Origin: a virus
Taxonomy: Duplodnaviria > Caudoviricetes
Strand: one strand, 5' to 3'
DNA: 64,000 nt
Virus record (IMG/VR): IMGVR_UViG_3300028601_000021
Span: 1-64,000 of that record
Positions 9,604 through 19,176 of the stretch are shown piece by piece. A program made the position numbers and the translations under genes. Position 1 is the first letter of the stretch. Each line of letters opens with the position of its first letter. Below the pieces are notes generated by a model, which saw only the letters and a list, made by a program, of their open reading frames with translations, did no database searches and was not told the origin of the DNA.

Positions 9604-11511
9604 TTACTCCTTTTCACTACTAGAGCGAAGGAATGCCCCACCGGGTGCAATAAACTTATCCGTAGCTAACAAACGCACCAACAGTTCATTGGTACGAGCT
9701 AACAGCTCATCGTAAATACCGATAGGCTGAAGTACAGGATAAGATACACCATGAGGGATTTTAGTTTCAGTACCAGCGATTACACGAGGAATACTCTCCA
9801 CATAATCCATAAAAGACAGAGGATTAATAGTGCTCTCTTCATAAAGAGCATTGCAATAATCGTCTTTAGTCAATGTCCCATCAGTTACAGCTGTAGGGAT
9901 TTCACTATACACAGTACGAATGACATGTGAAAGTGAATGGATCATGATATTAATGATGTTTTTCTTGTAGCCTCCTATAGGATCGCTAATGTCTTTACTG
10001 TAAACATCAAGTAATTCATGCAATGCGGTATTAAAACTCAACAGACCATTTATCAGGAATCTCGTAGTGGTACTAGCCATACTAGCACCCATGGCATCTT
10101 GTACTACTGCCAGATTAGAGATATTCTCATGAGTAGTACCACCGATCCAGAGGTTAGGACTTTTCACACAGACCATCTGCTTAAAGATACGATAAGCAGA
10201 CTCGATCATCCTACCATCTTTGACATGACCATCTCTACTGAATTCAATGACCTTATTGATATTGTTCAACAGTTCCGTATAAGGCTTAAAAGCTTCAGGA
10301 TTAGAGTAGTAAGGATGAAGATTACTTTCCGGATCTACCTCATAAAAATCAAATATCTCCAGATGAGTACCATTAAACTCAATACGAGTAGCATTAAAGG
10401 TATGTGCTTCACTAATAGGTCCTACAGATTCTACCTTCTCGGCATAGCTCTTTTTACCAGCCATAGAAAGGATAGCCAGGATATCCCAAGAAGTCTTACT
10501 GTACTTATCACGTTCCAAGTTACAGAACATAGAGATAGGTTTCACTCTAGTCTTGTTCTTATTGGTGACGTACTGTACGAGCTTACCATCGATTTCCTGA
10601 GCAAGGATAGCTGCAGCTTTATCTTCAGGAAGAGCTTCCAACCAATCTCCTACTCTATCCATGACAGTAGTACCCATATGGATATCATCAGGATAGGCGA
10701 AGACCAATACATCTTCTTCCACATATCTGGTATTCAAATCAGTATTACGAAGCTGATCATTCACCATATTGGAAAACAAGCTATAACCAGCATCCTGATA
10801 TCGTACTTCAAAAGGAGTCTCAGATTCCATAGTAGACTGAGTAGTCAACATACGATCCCAAGCTTCCTTAGGAGAATTAGCAAAAATCTCATAGATGACT
10901 TTAGACAGGACAGTATTACCACCAGAGGATGACATAGACTGCATGAAGCCTACCATACCAGCAGCTACTTCATCTCGATGAGGTAGATCAGCTACACAGT
11001 AAGACTGTTTCACCAGCATCTCATGTACATCTTTAGAGATAGTCTTAAAGATCTCTTCTCTAGCAGTAGTGGTCAGATCATCGAATCTATCACTATGTTC
11101 CAGCATGCTTTTCAGGAACTGAGCAGCAAACAAGATAGAGGTGGTGGTACCATCTTTGGCTACATTATCCACACGTTTACCGATATAAGCCAATGCTTCT
11201 TTCATGTAGGCCTGAATAGGAGCAGTGTATTCGATAAACGACAAGATCTTGATTCCATCTTTAGTAAAGATGTTAGGTTCAAAATCACTATTACCCAAAC
11301 CAGTAACGATCATGGCATATGCCGATTTAGGTCCACAGTGAGCAGCCAATAGCTGACTAATATCTGCAAAAGTATCGATGATGTATTGCTTCAATGTATC
11401 AGCTGCAGCTACGTTAGTGATACCTACATTACTATCCAGTACGATACGACTAGTGTTAGCAGCATCCATCCTATCTATATCACTTGCGCGACCGTAAGTG
11501 TTTACGTTCAT
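9604..11511 (-). CDS. groEL: Divergent GroEL/Cpn60-like phage chaperonin
   Basis: CGPKS (cf. LGPKG), IFTKDGIKIL (cf. ITKDGVTV), VAKDGTTTS (cf. AGDGTTT), VQDAMGA (cf. VEDAL.A), C-terminal V.QP. Confidence 0.8.
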   Translation of the reverse strand: MNVNTYGRASDIDRMDAANTSRIVLDSNVGITNVAAADTLKQYIIDTFADISQLLAAHCGPKSAYAMIVTGLGNSDFEPNIFTKDGIKILSFIEYTAPIQAYMKEALAYIGKRVDNVAKDGTTTSILFAAQFLKSMLEHSDRFDDLTTTAREEIFKTISKDVHEMLVKQSYCVADLPHRDEVAAGMVGFMQSMSSSGGNTVLSKVIYEIFANSPKEAWDRMLTTQSTMESETPFEVRYQDAGYSLFSNMVNDQLRNTDLNTRYVEEDVLVFAYPDDIHMGTTVMDRVGDWLEALPEDKAAAILAQEIDGKLVQYVTNKNKTRVKPISMFCNLERDKYSKTSWDILAILSMAGKKSYAEKVESVGPISEAHTFNATRIEFNGTHLEIFDFYEVDPESNLHPYYSNPEAFKPYTELLNNINKVIEFSRDGHVKDGRMIESAYRIFKQMVCVKSPNLWIGGTTHENISNLAVVQDAMGASMASTTTRFLINGLLSFNTALHELLDVYSKDISDPIGGYKKNIINIMIHSLSHVIRTVYSEIPTAVTDGTLTKDDYCNALYEESTINPLSFMDYVESIPRVIAGTETKIPHGVSYPVLQPIGIYDELLARTNELLVRLLATDKFIAPGGAFLRSSSEKE

Positions 11512-11986
11512 TATTCACTCTCTCGTTATTTAGATTAGATCTAGAGAAATTAGTCGTGTGTTGGAGTTGTTGTTTACTCATATCCTGCTGTAATTTACTT
11601 ATAGCTTCTCGTTTAGGTTTCTCCACTTCTTCATAGATCTTCTTTACTAAGCTATATGTGTAGCTATCTAGCTCCATTATGTCCAAGAAAGAAAGACCTG
11701 AAAGTGCATGAAGCTCTGTCGAAAACATAAAACGTAATATATCCTCTACGATGATCTGTCCTTTAGTAGCAGCTCTATTGTCTTCAAACATAGAGTGCAT
11801 CAAATTAGGAGTCTTACAGTTACCGTAGAATTGTGGATTTAAAAAGGATATATTAAACTGCGCTATCAGGAAATAACGGAATATACCCGTTACTCCTGAT
11901 AACGAAGTCATTAGCTTAGTAAAAGCATTTATATAATCACTATATGCCTCTGGTGCTATGCAACTTTCAACATACGCATGAGACAC
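11480..11986 (-). CDS. Hypothetical protein, possibly tail/baseplate assembly chaperone
   Basis: 168 aa, overlaps both neighbours; LSFLDIMELDSY resembles assembly-chaperone motifs (weak). Confidence 0.5.
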   Translation of the reverse strand: MSHAYVESCIAPEAYSDYINAFTKLMTSLSGVTGIFRYFLIAQFNISFLNPQFYGNCKTPNLMHSMFEDNRAATKGQIIVEDILRFMFSTELHALSGLSFLDIMELDSYTYSLVKKIYEEVEKPKREAISKLQQDMSKQQLQHTTNFSRSNLNNERVNNERKHLRSRK

Positions 11987-13770
11987 ATCGTAAAAAAATG
12001 AGCCTGCATATCGTAAGGTATGAAACCATCTACAGCAGTCTCAGGTATCGTATCGCATTTATGACATTTATCATACTGCAGTGCCAAGTGAGTAAGTTTG
12101 GTACGTTTGATGTATTCCGTAGCATAGACACCAAAGTCTTGAGTCTCCATCTGACTGATATCCAAGATAGCATTAAATGCTTCACGGTTATCTTCAGAGC
12201 TATTATCGATAATAGCCAAGACTTCATCGTCCGGTACCTTACTCTTACCAAATCCTTCTTCAGTGACACATTCCAATGAAGAAATCCAAGGCAAGAATGC
12301 TTTATAGTAGTTGAGTGTCAAGAATTCCGTTACTTCTTCCTTGGTAGGCTGATGAGCGAAATCAAACAACTCAGCATTAAAAGCAGCACCACATTCCAGA
12401 TAGTCTGCACAGTTAGCAGTAGCCATCTTGAAATGCCAATACGTAGTGGTATCAGTAGCGACGTTATCTACCTTGTAGGCAAATACATCATCCAGACCCA
12501 ATGCCTTATGATACTTGACCAAATCCAGATCTGTCTTTACACCAGTATCTTTCATCATCAAGATAGCTTCAGTAGTGAGCTTAGAGGTATCTACAAATCT
12601 CATTTTGGTAAGATCTGCAGTGATTTCTTCTACACTCATACATTCTTCATTGGTGCAGAGGATCTTGATCGGTACACCTTCACGATACATCATCGAAGCG
12701 AATGCCCAGAGGATAACATCGTAGTCATGTACGGACAATACCTTCAGGAGCTTATTGGTGTTACGCCAGTTCTTATAGTTACAATCCTGCAAAGCCTTAG
12801 GAAGTAACTGCTCAAGTACCATCTTCTTAATGACATGATCCACATACATGAAGTAGTAACCACCCAGTTCACGACCGTAATCGTAACCAGAGGTATTGAC
12901 ACTATTGAAGAAAGCAGTCAGTTCTTTCAGAGAAAGAGCACGCAGTGTGATATAGATACCAGAGTTCCACAAGGGGATACGTTTGATACCCTGCATCATA
13001 CTAGCTACAGTGACTACAGCTTCCTTACCAGAGAGATGTTTCTTCTTGCCAAGGGAAGAAGGAGTACCTCTAGTGGTAGTAACACCTATGTTCTCTACAT
13101 TACGCTGCAATACATCAGCTAAAGTACGAGTAGATTCAGACTGCTCTTCGATAGCCTTCTTCATACCTTCAAACATCTCTACAGACAATTTAGTCTGAGA
13201 AGAGAAGTGTTCAAAGGCATCACGACAAGTAGCAGGTAAACTATTAGGATCTGTGAAAGCTTCTTTGAAGTTATCTGTACCCATCTTAGTACCAAGATCC
13301 ATCAACTTATCGGCAATGTCATCTGCATTAGAGATAGGTACTACGATCTTGATCTCTTTGCGTTCATTGAGGAATTCGATATTCTTCTGTTTGGAATTAC
13401 TGATAGCATCGATAAGAATAGAATTGAGAATAGTCTCAGATTCTTCCAATGCTTTATAATCCACTTTCTTATCTTCATGTACAAAAGTGGAGTCCTGAAG
13501 GAAATCGGTTACTTCCTGTTCTACTTCGGTATCTTCAGTAGTAGCTTCTTCTACTGGAGCAGTAGTGATTTCTTCCTGCTGTTCAGTGAACTTATCCAGT
13601 TCCTGAGTGGTATCGTGTTTGATCCAATCAGGCACGTTAGCTTCTTCTGCTGCTCTCTGGATAGGCTGAGAGATAATCCTAGGAGCCTGAATAGGAGTAT
13701 CGGTCTCCATATCATCCAAGTTTACATCTTCAATGATAGGAATATCGTTATCGTTCTGTTCGTTTGTCAT
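11956..13770 (-). CDS. Conserved jumbo-phage protein, possibly baseplate-hub assembly protein-like
   Basis: 604 aa, acidic N-terminus, RIPLWNSGIYITLRAL, Cys pairs (CTNEEC, CHKC). Function tentative. Confidence 0.55.
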   Translation of the reverse strand: MTNEQNDNDIPIIEDVNLDDMETDTPIQAPRIISQPIQRAAEEANVPDWIKHDTTQELDKFTEQQEEITTAPVEEATTEDTEVEQEVTDFLQDSTFVHEDKKVDYKALEESETILNSILIDAISNSKQKNIEFLNERKEIKIVVPISNADDIADKLMDLGTKMGTDNFKEAFTDPNSLPATCRDAFEHFSSQTKLSVEMFEGMKKAIEEQSESTRTLADVLQRNVENIGVTTTRGTPSSLGKKKHLSGKEAVVTVASMMQGIKRIPLWNSGIYITLRALSLKELTAFFNSVNTSGYDYGRELGGYYFMYVDHVIKKMVLEQLLPKALQDCNYKNWRNTNKLLKVLSVHDYDVILWAFASMMYREGVPIKILCTNEECMSVEEITADLTKMRFVDTSKLTTEAILMMKDTGVKTDLDLVKYHKALGLDDVFAYKVDNVATDTTTYWHFKMATANCADYLECGAAFNAELFDFAHQPTKEEVTEFLTLNYYKAFLPWISSLECVTEEGFGKSKVPDDEVLAIIDNSSEDNREAFNAILDISQMETQDFGVYATEYIKRTKLTHLALQYDKCHKCDTIPETAVDGFIPYDMQAHFFTMCLMRMLKVA

Positions 13771-13794
13771 CTGTATATCTCCAAGTAGGATATA

Positions 13795-14760
13795 TTACTT
13801 ACGGATAGGTAATGGATAATAACACACGTTTGGTTTCATGCTAATAGCGTAGATATACTCATCTTCGTATTGAGTCATTAACCTAAAATACTCATCACGT
13901 TCCACCCAGGTATTTAGAGTGTACTTGTATTGTTCATCTTCTTTCTTTTTTCTGATGAACTCTTTTAATGAAGGAGTACTGACTCCATCGAATAAAAGTG
14001 GTGTCATAGTAGGTTTATGATTAGGAAATACCAATACGCCATCGGCATTCTTAAATTCAGTGATGTCTAATTCAGCTTTAATGTAAGCTTTCTCCATAGC
14101 GACATCAGGATCTAAATCCATATCGATATTAGGATAAGACATTATAGCCAATCTTAACTTAGTAGCATATTCATACCAATACTTGATAGAACCCACTACA
14201 TTGAAATTTTTAATAGGAGAGGCAAAGATATCTTTATCGGTATGCTTTGTATCTCCAGCTACATTGGCTACTATAGATCCATTTTCTAGTGCCCATACAT
14301 CTACTCCTTCTTTCTTATATTTATTCAATACGGATAAATACTGTGAAATATTGACGACATACGGGCAATTGGTATTGTCTAATAATAGAGTTTCTTTAAG
14401 CTGAGAGAGATACCCCTGCAATGGCTCTTTGAACTCTACGACATGGAATCCCAACTCACCACTATTAGCTTGAGTAAAGAGACTACCATCTGTATTGGAC
14501 ATGATTAATACATTAGGATCTTCTACGATATTAAAAAAGACATAAGGAGACCTACGTGCACTATAAGAGGAAAAGTACATCTTAATGAAATTGACAAAAG
14601 CTTTTATCTCTTTATTCAATTCCAATTTCTTACGTTTATCAGTACTGATGCGTGCCATTTCTTTTTTAGATATGAAACACGCTTCATCGTTCATATCTAG
14701 TTGCTCGTCATCATCGTCTTCTTCTAGAAGATCATCATTGATATCGTCGTCACTAAGCAT
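13795..14760 (-). CDS. Hypothetical protein (321 aa, acidic N-terminus)
   Basis: Long ORF with GAGG RBS in co-directional block. Confidence 0.7.
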   Translation of the reverse strand: MLSDDDINDDLLEEDDDDEQLDMNDEACFISKKEMARISTDKRKKLELNKEIKAFVNFIKMYFSSYSARRSPYVFFNIVEDPNVLIMSNTDGSLFTQANSGELGFHVVEFKEPLQGYLSQLKETLLLDNTNCPYVVNISQYLSVLNKYKKEGVDVWALENGSIVANVAGDTKHTDKDIFASPIKNFNVVGSIKYWYEYATKLRLAIMSYPNIDMDLDPDVAMEKAYIKAELDITEFKNADGVLVFPNHKPTMTPLLFDGVSTPSLKEFIRKKKEDEQYKYTLNTWVERDEYFRLMTQYEDEYIYAISMKPNVCYYPLPIRK

Positions 14761-14783
14761 ACTTTTCCTCTGTCTTATTTATA

Positions 14784-15392
14784 TTACTGTACCTGCTCTT
14801 CTGTAGGTACTTCTACAGTTTCAGGTACTGAAGGTAGTTCTTCTTTTTCTTCAGTAGGGGTAGCTTCAGAATTATCAATTAGATCCAAAGTTTCCAGTAC
14901 TTTAGCCGTAGCTCCCATATCTTCATTCATGGATTCCTGGAACTTAGTCAGTGTCTCCATGAACTCAGCAAGAGCCAAGAACTGTTCAGCACGATCCTGC
15001 ATGCCTTTCAGTTTAGCCATTTCATTGACCATAGGTCTGAGCTTGGTTTCTTTAAAGATACCCATCTTCTGGATTTCTTCATCGATAGCTAGGATCATTT
15101 CGTCTACACTGGCGGTACCCCTAGTAACGATTTTACCAGTGAGCAGTTCAGCACGCAGTCTATTCAAAGTACCGGAAGATCTACCCAAGTAAGTAATGAT
15201 GTCGATCAGCATCTTTTCGACGTAAGCCACACCATCACCATGTTCTTTATTGGTAGCTTTAGCCAGTTCCATATCCAACATACGCTGAGCTTCAGTGACT
15301 GAAGACTTCTTATATTGATTACCAGCTTTAGCTGCCTTTCTCAACTTATCTCTTTTAGCGGTCTTACGTGCACGTGCAGAAGGCTTAGACAT
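14784..15392 (-). CDS. Hypothetical helical protein with basic N-terminus
   Basis: 202 aa, AGGAG RBS. Confidence 0.7.
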   Translation of the reverse strand: MSKPSARARKTAKRDKLRKAAKAGNQYKKSSVTEAQRMLDMELAKATNKEHGDGVAYVEKMLIDIITYLGRSSGTLNRLRAELLTGKIVTRGTASVDEMILAIDEEIQKMGIFKETKLRPMVNEMAKLKGMQDRAEQFLALAEFMETLTKFQESMNEDMGATAKVLETLDLIDNSEATPTEEKEELPSVPETVEVPTEEQVQ

Positions 15393-15509
15393 ATAGATAC
15401 TCCTTTAAATGTGGGTGTTTATCATCACAATGAATGGTCAATAGAAATAGAATTTTAAACATATACAGAGTAGTCCCGTTATAGGACTACTCTGTATAGT
15501 AAAGATATA

Positions 15510-16046
15510 TTAACGTAATCTAGTAGTGAAATCAGCAGGAAAATACTTACTACAAGTATCGATACACTGTTTAGCTGCAGCACAGACGATCTCTTCCACA
15601 ATAAGATCACCACTTTCATCGATGACCTTAGTAGACTTAGAGATATCTTCCATAGCCATAACCAATTTAGGATCAGTATTCTTATTGGGCTTGATCTTAG
15701 TGTAATTACACATAGCCTTACCAAGGAATACATTCTGAAGATCCAGGATCTTAAACTTAGCAGAAAGAATTTCTCCCTTCATGGCTTCAGCATCTTTCAC
15801 CAAGATGATATCGTCATCTACAGCCTTGTCCAATACCTTATCCAGTTCTTTAGCTGTTTCAGTGAAATCCTTCTTGTCTTCATCTGCCAGTTTATCTACA
15901 AAGGTAGACAACAGAGCGTGAAACATCTGCTTACGTAACACCATAGCATCGTATTCGAGCATGCTATTGAGCTTATTACCAGCAGACTGAAGTTTACCAG
16001 GAGCAATAGAATGAGTCCTAGTCTCTCTTAAATTAGAAAGTTTCAT
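15510..16046 (-). CDS. Hypothetical protein (178 aa)
   Basis: ORF with AAGGA RBS, followed by hairpin ~15462-15497. Confidence 0.7.
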   Translation of the reverse strand: MKLSNLRETRTHSIAPGKLQSAGNKLNSMLEYDAMVLRKQMFHALLSTFVDKLADEDKKDFTETAKELDKVLDKAVDDDIILVKDAEAMKGEILSAKFKILDLQNVFLGKAMCNYTKIKPNKNTDPKLVMAMEDISKSTKVIDESGDLIVEEIVCAAAKQCIDTCSKYFPADFTTRLR

Positions 16047-16145
16047 AATTAAATTCCTTATATAAGTGATAGGTATAAAAGTCCTTATAGTCTCTATATC
16101 ATAGAATGTGGTAGTAGTAATACTATATTTTTACCAGATAGGACC

Positions 16146-18326
16146 ATGGAATGCATCAATAGACCCACATTTAAATATAAAGGTATACTTATGGCACACC
16201 CAGCTACTTATAGAGATACAGATAAAATTACTAGACCTGACTTACTTCAGAGCTATTTGGCTAACGTAGGTACCTATTTGACTGTAGCTAATAAACACTT
16301 AAATGGTAGCTTTACTAAACAGGACGTGGTGAGATTTGTAAATCATGTAGTCGAAAAGACTATGAAACGTCCTAAAGTCAAATGCGTAGTACATAAGAAA
16401 TACGGTGATGCCGAAGCAGCTGAACTAGACCTATATGAACATAGCCAGAATATAAAGGATAGGATCATCTTACCTTTCGGTAGTGTATATAAGCCAGCTA
16501 CTGAAATCGTATCTTTCCTGAAAGACCAGATCACTGAACAGAAAGCTAGACGTAAGTCTTCTAAAGCTTTGATGCTAAAATATAAAGCTGAAGGTAATAC
16601 TACTTTAGCTAACTATTACAACAGCGACCAGGCATTACAGAAGATTTCCATGAATAGTATTCCTGGTGCTATGGGTAGTAAGTACAGCTTTATCAGTGAT
16701 ATAGCTGGATTCAATAGTATCACTAGTACTGGTCGTTATTTTATTATGAGTTCATATGCTAACTGTGAGAGATTGTTAGAAGGTAACTTCTATTTTCCTA
16801 ACATAGAAACAGTATGGAACTACTTGGTATTGATGGCTCGTACATGTCCACCCAAAATGGCTGTGGATAACGCTATCGATAATCTAGGACTTAAACATGC
16901 TGATGTAGATGACGTATTAGGTTTCTTAGAAGAGAACTATAGTAAGTATAGTAGTGATCCACTACCTGTCTGGGTGTATCAGTGGTTGTGTAACTGTAGT
17001 GGTAAACTGTTGGATTATATCTACTATTGTAATAATCTTAAGAATATCATGCAGTCTAATACTACTAGCTGGATGAATTGGATATCTGACTTTTACGATA
17101 TCAGTAAGATAGACTTTAATCAGGAAGTATCACCTAAAGAACTATTTAAGATAGATGGTGATCTAGTGATTGTGTTGTCTACTATCTTCAGTGAATGGTT
17201 ACCTATTGAAGATGGTAAGAAAGTCAATATCTATGATACAGTAGAAAAGCATCCTGAATTAGCTAAGAGATTTGTCTGTGTGGGTAAAAGCATGTCAGAC
17301 AAGTTATCTAATATAGATAAGAGTATGAAGTTGTTCCTAGAACACAAGACTGTTATCAGTAACGTGGTGAATCATAAGTATATGTATCGTAACTGCGTTA
17401 TCGGTAGTGATACCGATAGTATCATCTTTACCACTAAGAATTGGCTTCAGTGGTATAATGGCGATTTACGTATCAATGAACGAGCTTATCAAGTAAACTG
17501 CTTAGTGGTTTATTGGTTAAGTAAGTCAAATACATATCTTATGGATACGATCAGTCACCATAAGGGAGCATTGGGAGAGGACATAAAAGGGATAGCTATG
17601 AAGAATGAATTCTACTATCCTGTCATGACTCTGAGTAATTTAAAGAAGCATTATGCTGGTATGTACACTATCCAGGAAGGAGTTATCTTACCCAAGATGA
17701 AGTCTGACATAAAAGGTGTACAGTTTAAAGGTAGTAAGCTCTGTAATGAGACTTTGGAATTTGTCAAGGGATTCATAGATGGCACTCACGAGACTATCGT
17801 CAAAGACGGACAGATCTCTGCTACAGACTGTATATCTAAAGTGATAGCTTTTGAGAAACAGGTCTATGATTCCTTGACTTCTGGTGAAACTAAATATCTA
17901 CCTATTCAACCAGTAAAGAATGAAAATGATTATAAGGACAGTGGAATATCCTTATATTTCAACTACAAGATTTGGGAATCTGTCTTTGCTGAGAAATATG
18001 GTAATATCGAAATACCTACTAAATGCTACATCGTACCTTTAACTGATTTAACTAACCCTAAGTATTTAGAGTGGTTAAAAGGTAAGGATAAGGACATCCA
18101 TGATAAGCTAGTAAAGACTTTAGAAGGTATTAAGAAGGACGTATCACGGATACCCATAAATCCATTTCTAGATAACGTACCAGAGGAATTGATTCCCATT
18201 ATCGCTACTAATCAGATAGTGGCAGATAACTGTAGTCCTCTGTACTTATTTATGAAATCATTAGGTGTGTCCTTAGGAGCTAATAATAAGACTAAGTTCT
18301 TATTTAGTGAAGTCTACGGTATGTGA
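16146..18326 (+). CDS. Family B DNA polymerase, C-terminal/palm part (phiKZ gp50-like); start may be 16191
   Basis: Motif B QKISMNSIPG, motif C IGSDTDSIIF, MKNEFYYP, KKHYAG, IKGVQFK; lacks exonuclease and motif A. Confidence 0.9.
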   Translation: MECINRPTFKYKGILMAHPATYRDTDKITRPDLLQSYLANVGTYLTVANKHLNGSFTKQDVVRFVNHVVEKTMKRPKVKCVVHKKYGDAEAAELDLYEHSQNIKDRIILPFGSVYKPATEIVSFLKDQITEQKARRKSSKALMLKYKAEGNTTLANYYNSDQALQKISMNSIPGAMGSKYSFISDIAGFNSITSTGRYFIMSSYANCERLLEGNFYFPNIETVWNYLVLMARTCPPKMAVDNAIDNLGLKHADVDDVLGFLEENYSKYSSDPLPVWVYQWLCNCSGKLLDYIYYCNNLKNIMQSNTTSWMNWISDFYDISKIDFNQEVSPKELFKIDGDLVIVLSTIFSEWLPIEDGKKVNIYDTVEKHPELAKRFVCVGKSMSDKLSNIDKSMKLFLEHKTVISNVVNHKYMYRNCVIGSDTDSIIFTTKNWLQWYNGDLRINERAYQVNCLVVYWLSKSNTYLMDTISHHKGALGEDIKGIAMKNEFYYPVMTLSNLKKHYAGMYTIQEGVILPKMKSDIKGVQFKGSKLCNETLEFVKGFIDGTHETIVKDGQISATDCISKVIAFEKQVYDSLTSGETKYLPIQPVKNENDYKDSGISLYFNYKIWESVFAEKYGNIEIPTKCYIVPLTDLTNPKYLEWLKGKDKDIHDKLVKTLEGIKKDVSRIPINPFLDNVPEELIPIIATNQIVADNCSPLYLFMKSLGVSLGANNKTKFLFSEVYGM

Positions 18327-18334
18327 AGATAAAG

Positions 18335-18381
18335 CTATATACTACTACAGTACCTATCACAGGTACTGTAGTAGTATATAG
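18335..18381. terminator. Long palindromic hairpin between convergent genes
   Basis: CTATATACTACTACAGTACCT-atcac-AGGTACTGTAGTAGTATATAG. Confidence 0.75.
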
Positions 18382-18585
18382 TCTATTTCTTATCTATTTA
18401 CCAGTATGGATGAAATGACAATACTTGCATTTCTTACCATCGATAGACTGGTTATCTTTCAACTTGATCTGAGTACTCTCCAGCTTATGTCCACACTGAG
18501 GACACCAGTTAAGAGGAGCAGTACCAGTCAAAGTCTTACTAGTAGAGACCTTAGGTACAGTAGACATATGAATTACCTTTCCTTA

Positions 18586-19155
18586 TTAAGCGTAATCGAA
18601 TTCTCTCAACACGTCAGCTCTAGCCTGAGCCTTTTCATTGAGCAGTGCCTGGTATTCATTAGCGATAGCATCAGCTGTAGAAAGACCAGCCATACTAGCT
18701 ACCTGCCAAGCATTTAATAATGAAGCTAAAGTAGGATCGTAGTAATCATCGATAGCTTTCAATCTACGTTCCAACTCAGTCAGATCGTCATCTTCATCGA
18801 TAGGTTCGATAGCATCTACGCGAGCTTCCAAAGCAGCCAATCTAGTCAACAGACCATCGATAGCTGTCAAGATATTGGCATGGGCAGATACACTAGCATT
18901 GTGGATATCAAGTGTACTATCGATTTGCTGTGTAGCTTGTTCAGAAGTAATAAAACCAGTACCTACAGTGATAGCCATGATTTCATGACGGATATCTAAA
19001 TGAGATTCTTCATTTGCATCATGGGAAGCTAAAGCAGCCATAGTGTCGGTAAAGAGAGCCTGTGCAGCTTGTAGTGCTGCGAGTGCCTCTTCCAGTTTCT
19101 CTACTACAGATTGCTCTAAGATCCCTTCAGTGGGATTAGTTACGGGACCAGACAT
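18586..19155 (-). CDS. Coiled-coil fibre-associated protein with HxxxxxxH motifs
   Basis: HDANEESH and HNASVSAH repeats shared with 29105..31189. Confidence 0.65.
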   Translation of the reverse strand: MSGPVTNPTEGILEQSVVEKLEEALAALQAAQALFTDTMAALASHDANEESHLDIRHEIMAITVGTGFITSEQATQQIDSTLDIHNASVSAHANILTAIDGLLTRLAALEARVDAIEPIDEDDDLTELERRLKAIDDYYDPTLASLLNAWQVASMAGLSTADAIANEYQALLNEKAQARADVLREFDYA

Positions 19156-19176
19156 ATGAGTATGACCTCTTGTGAT

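Noticed and set aside
18406-18717. 103-aa + strand ORF after the polymerase
   Set aside because: Lies beyond the terminator hairpin, overlaps a convergent gene, no RBS.
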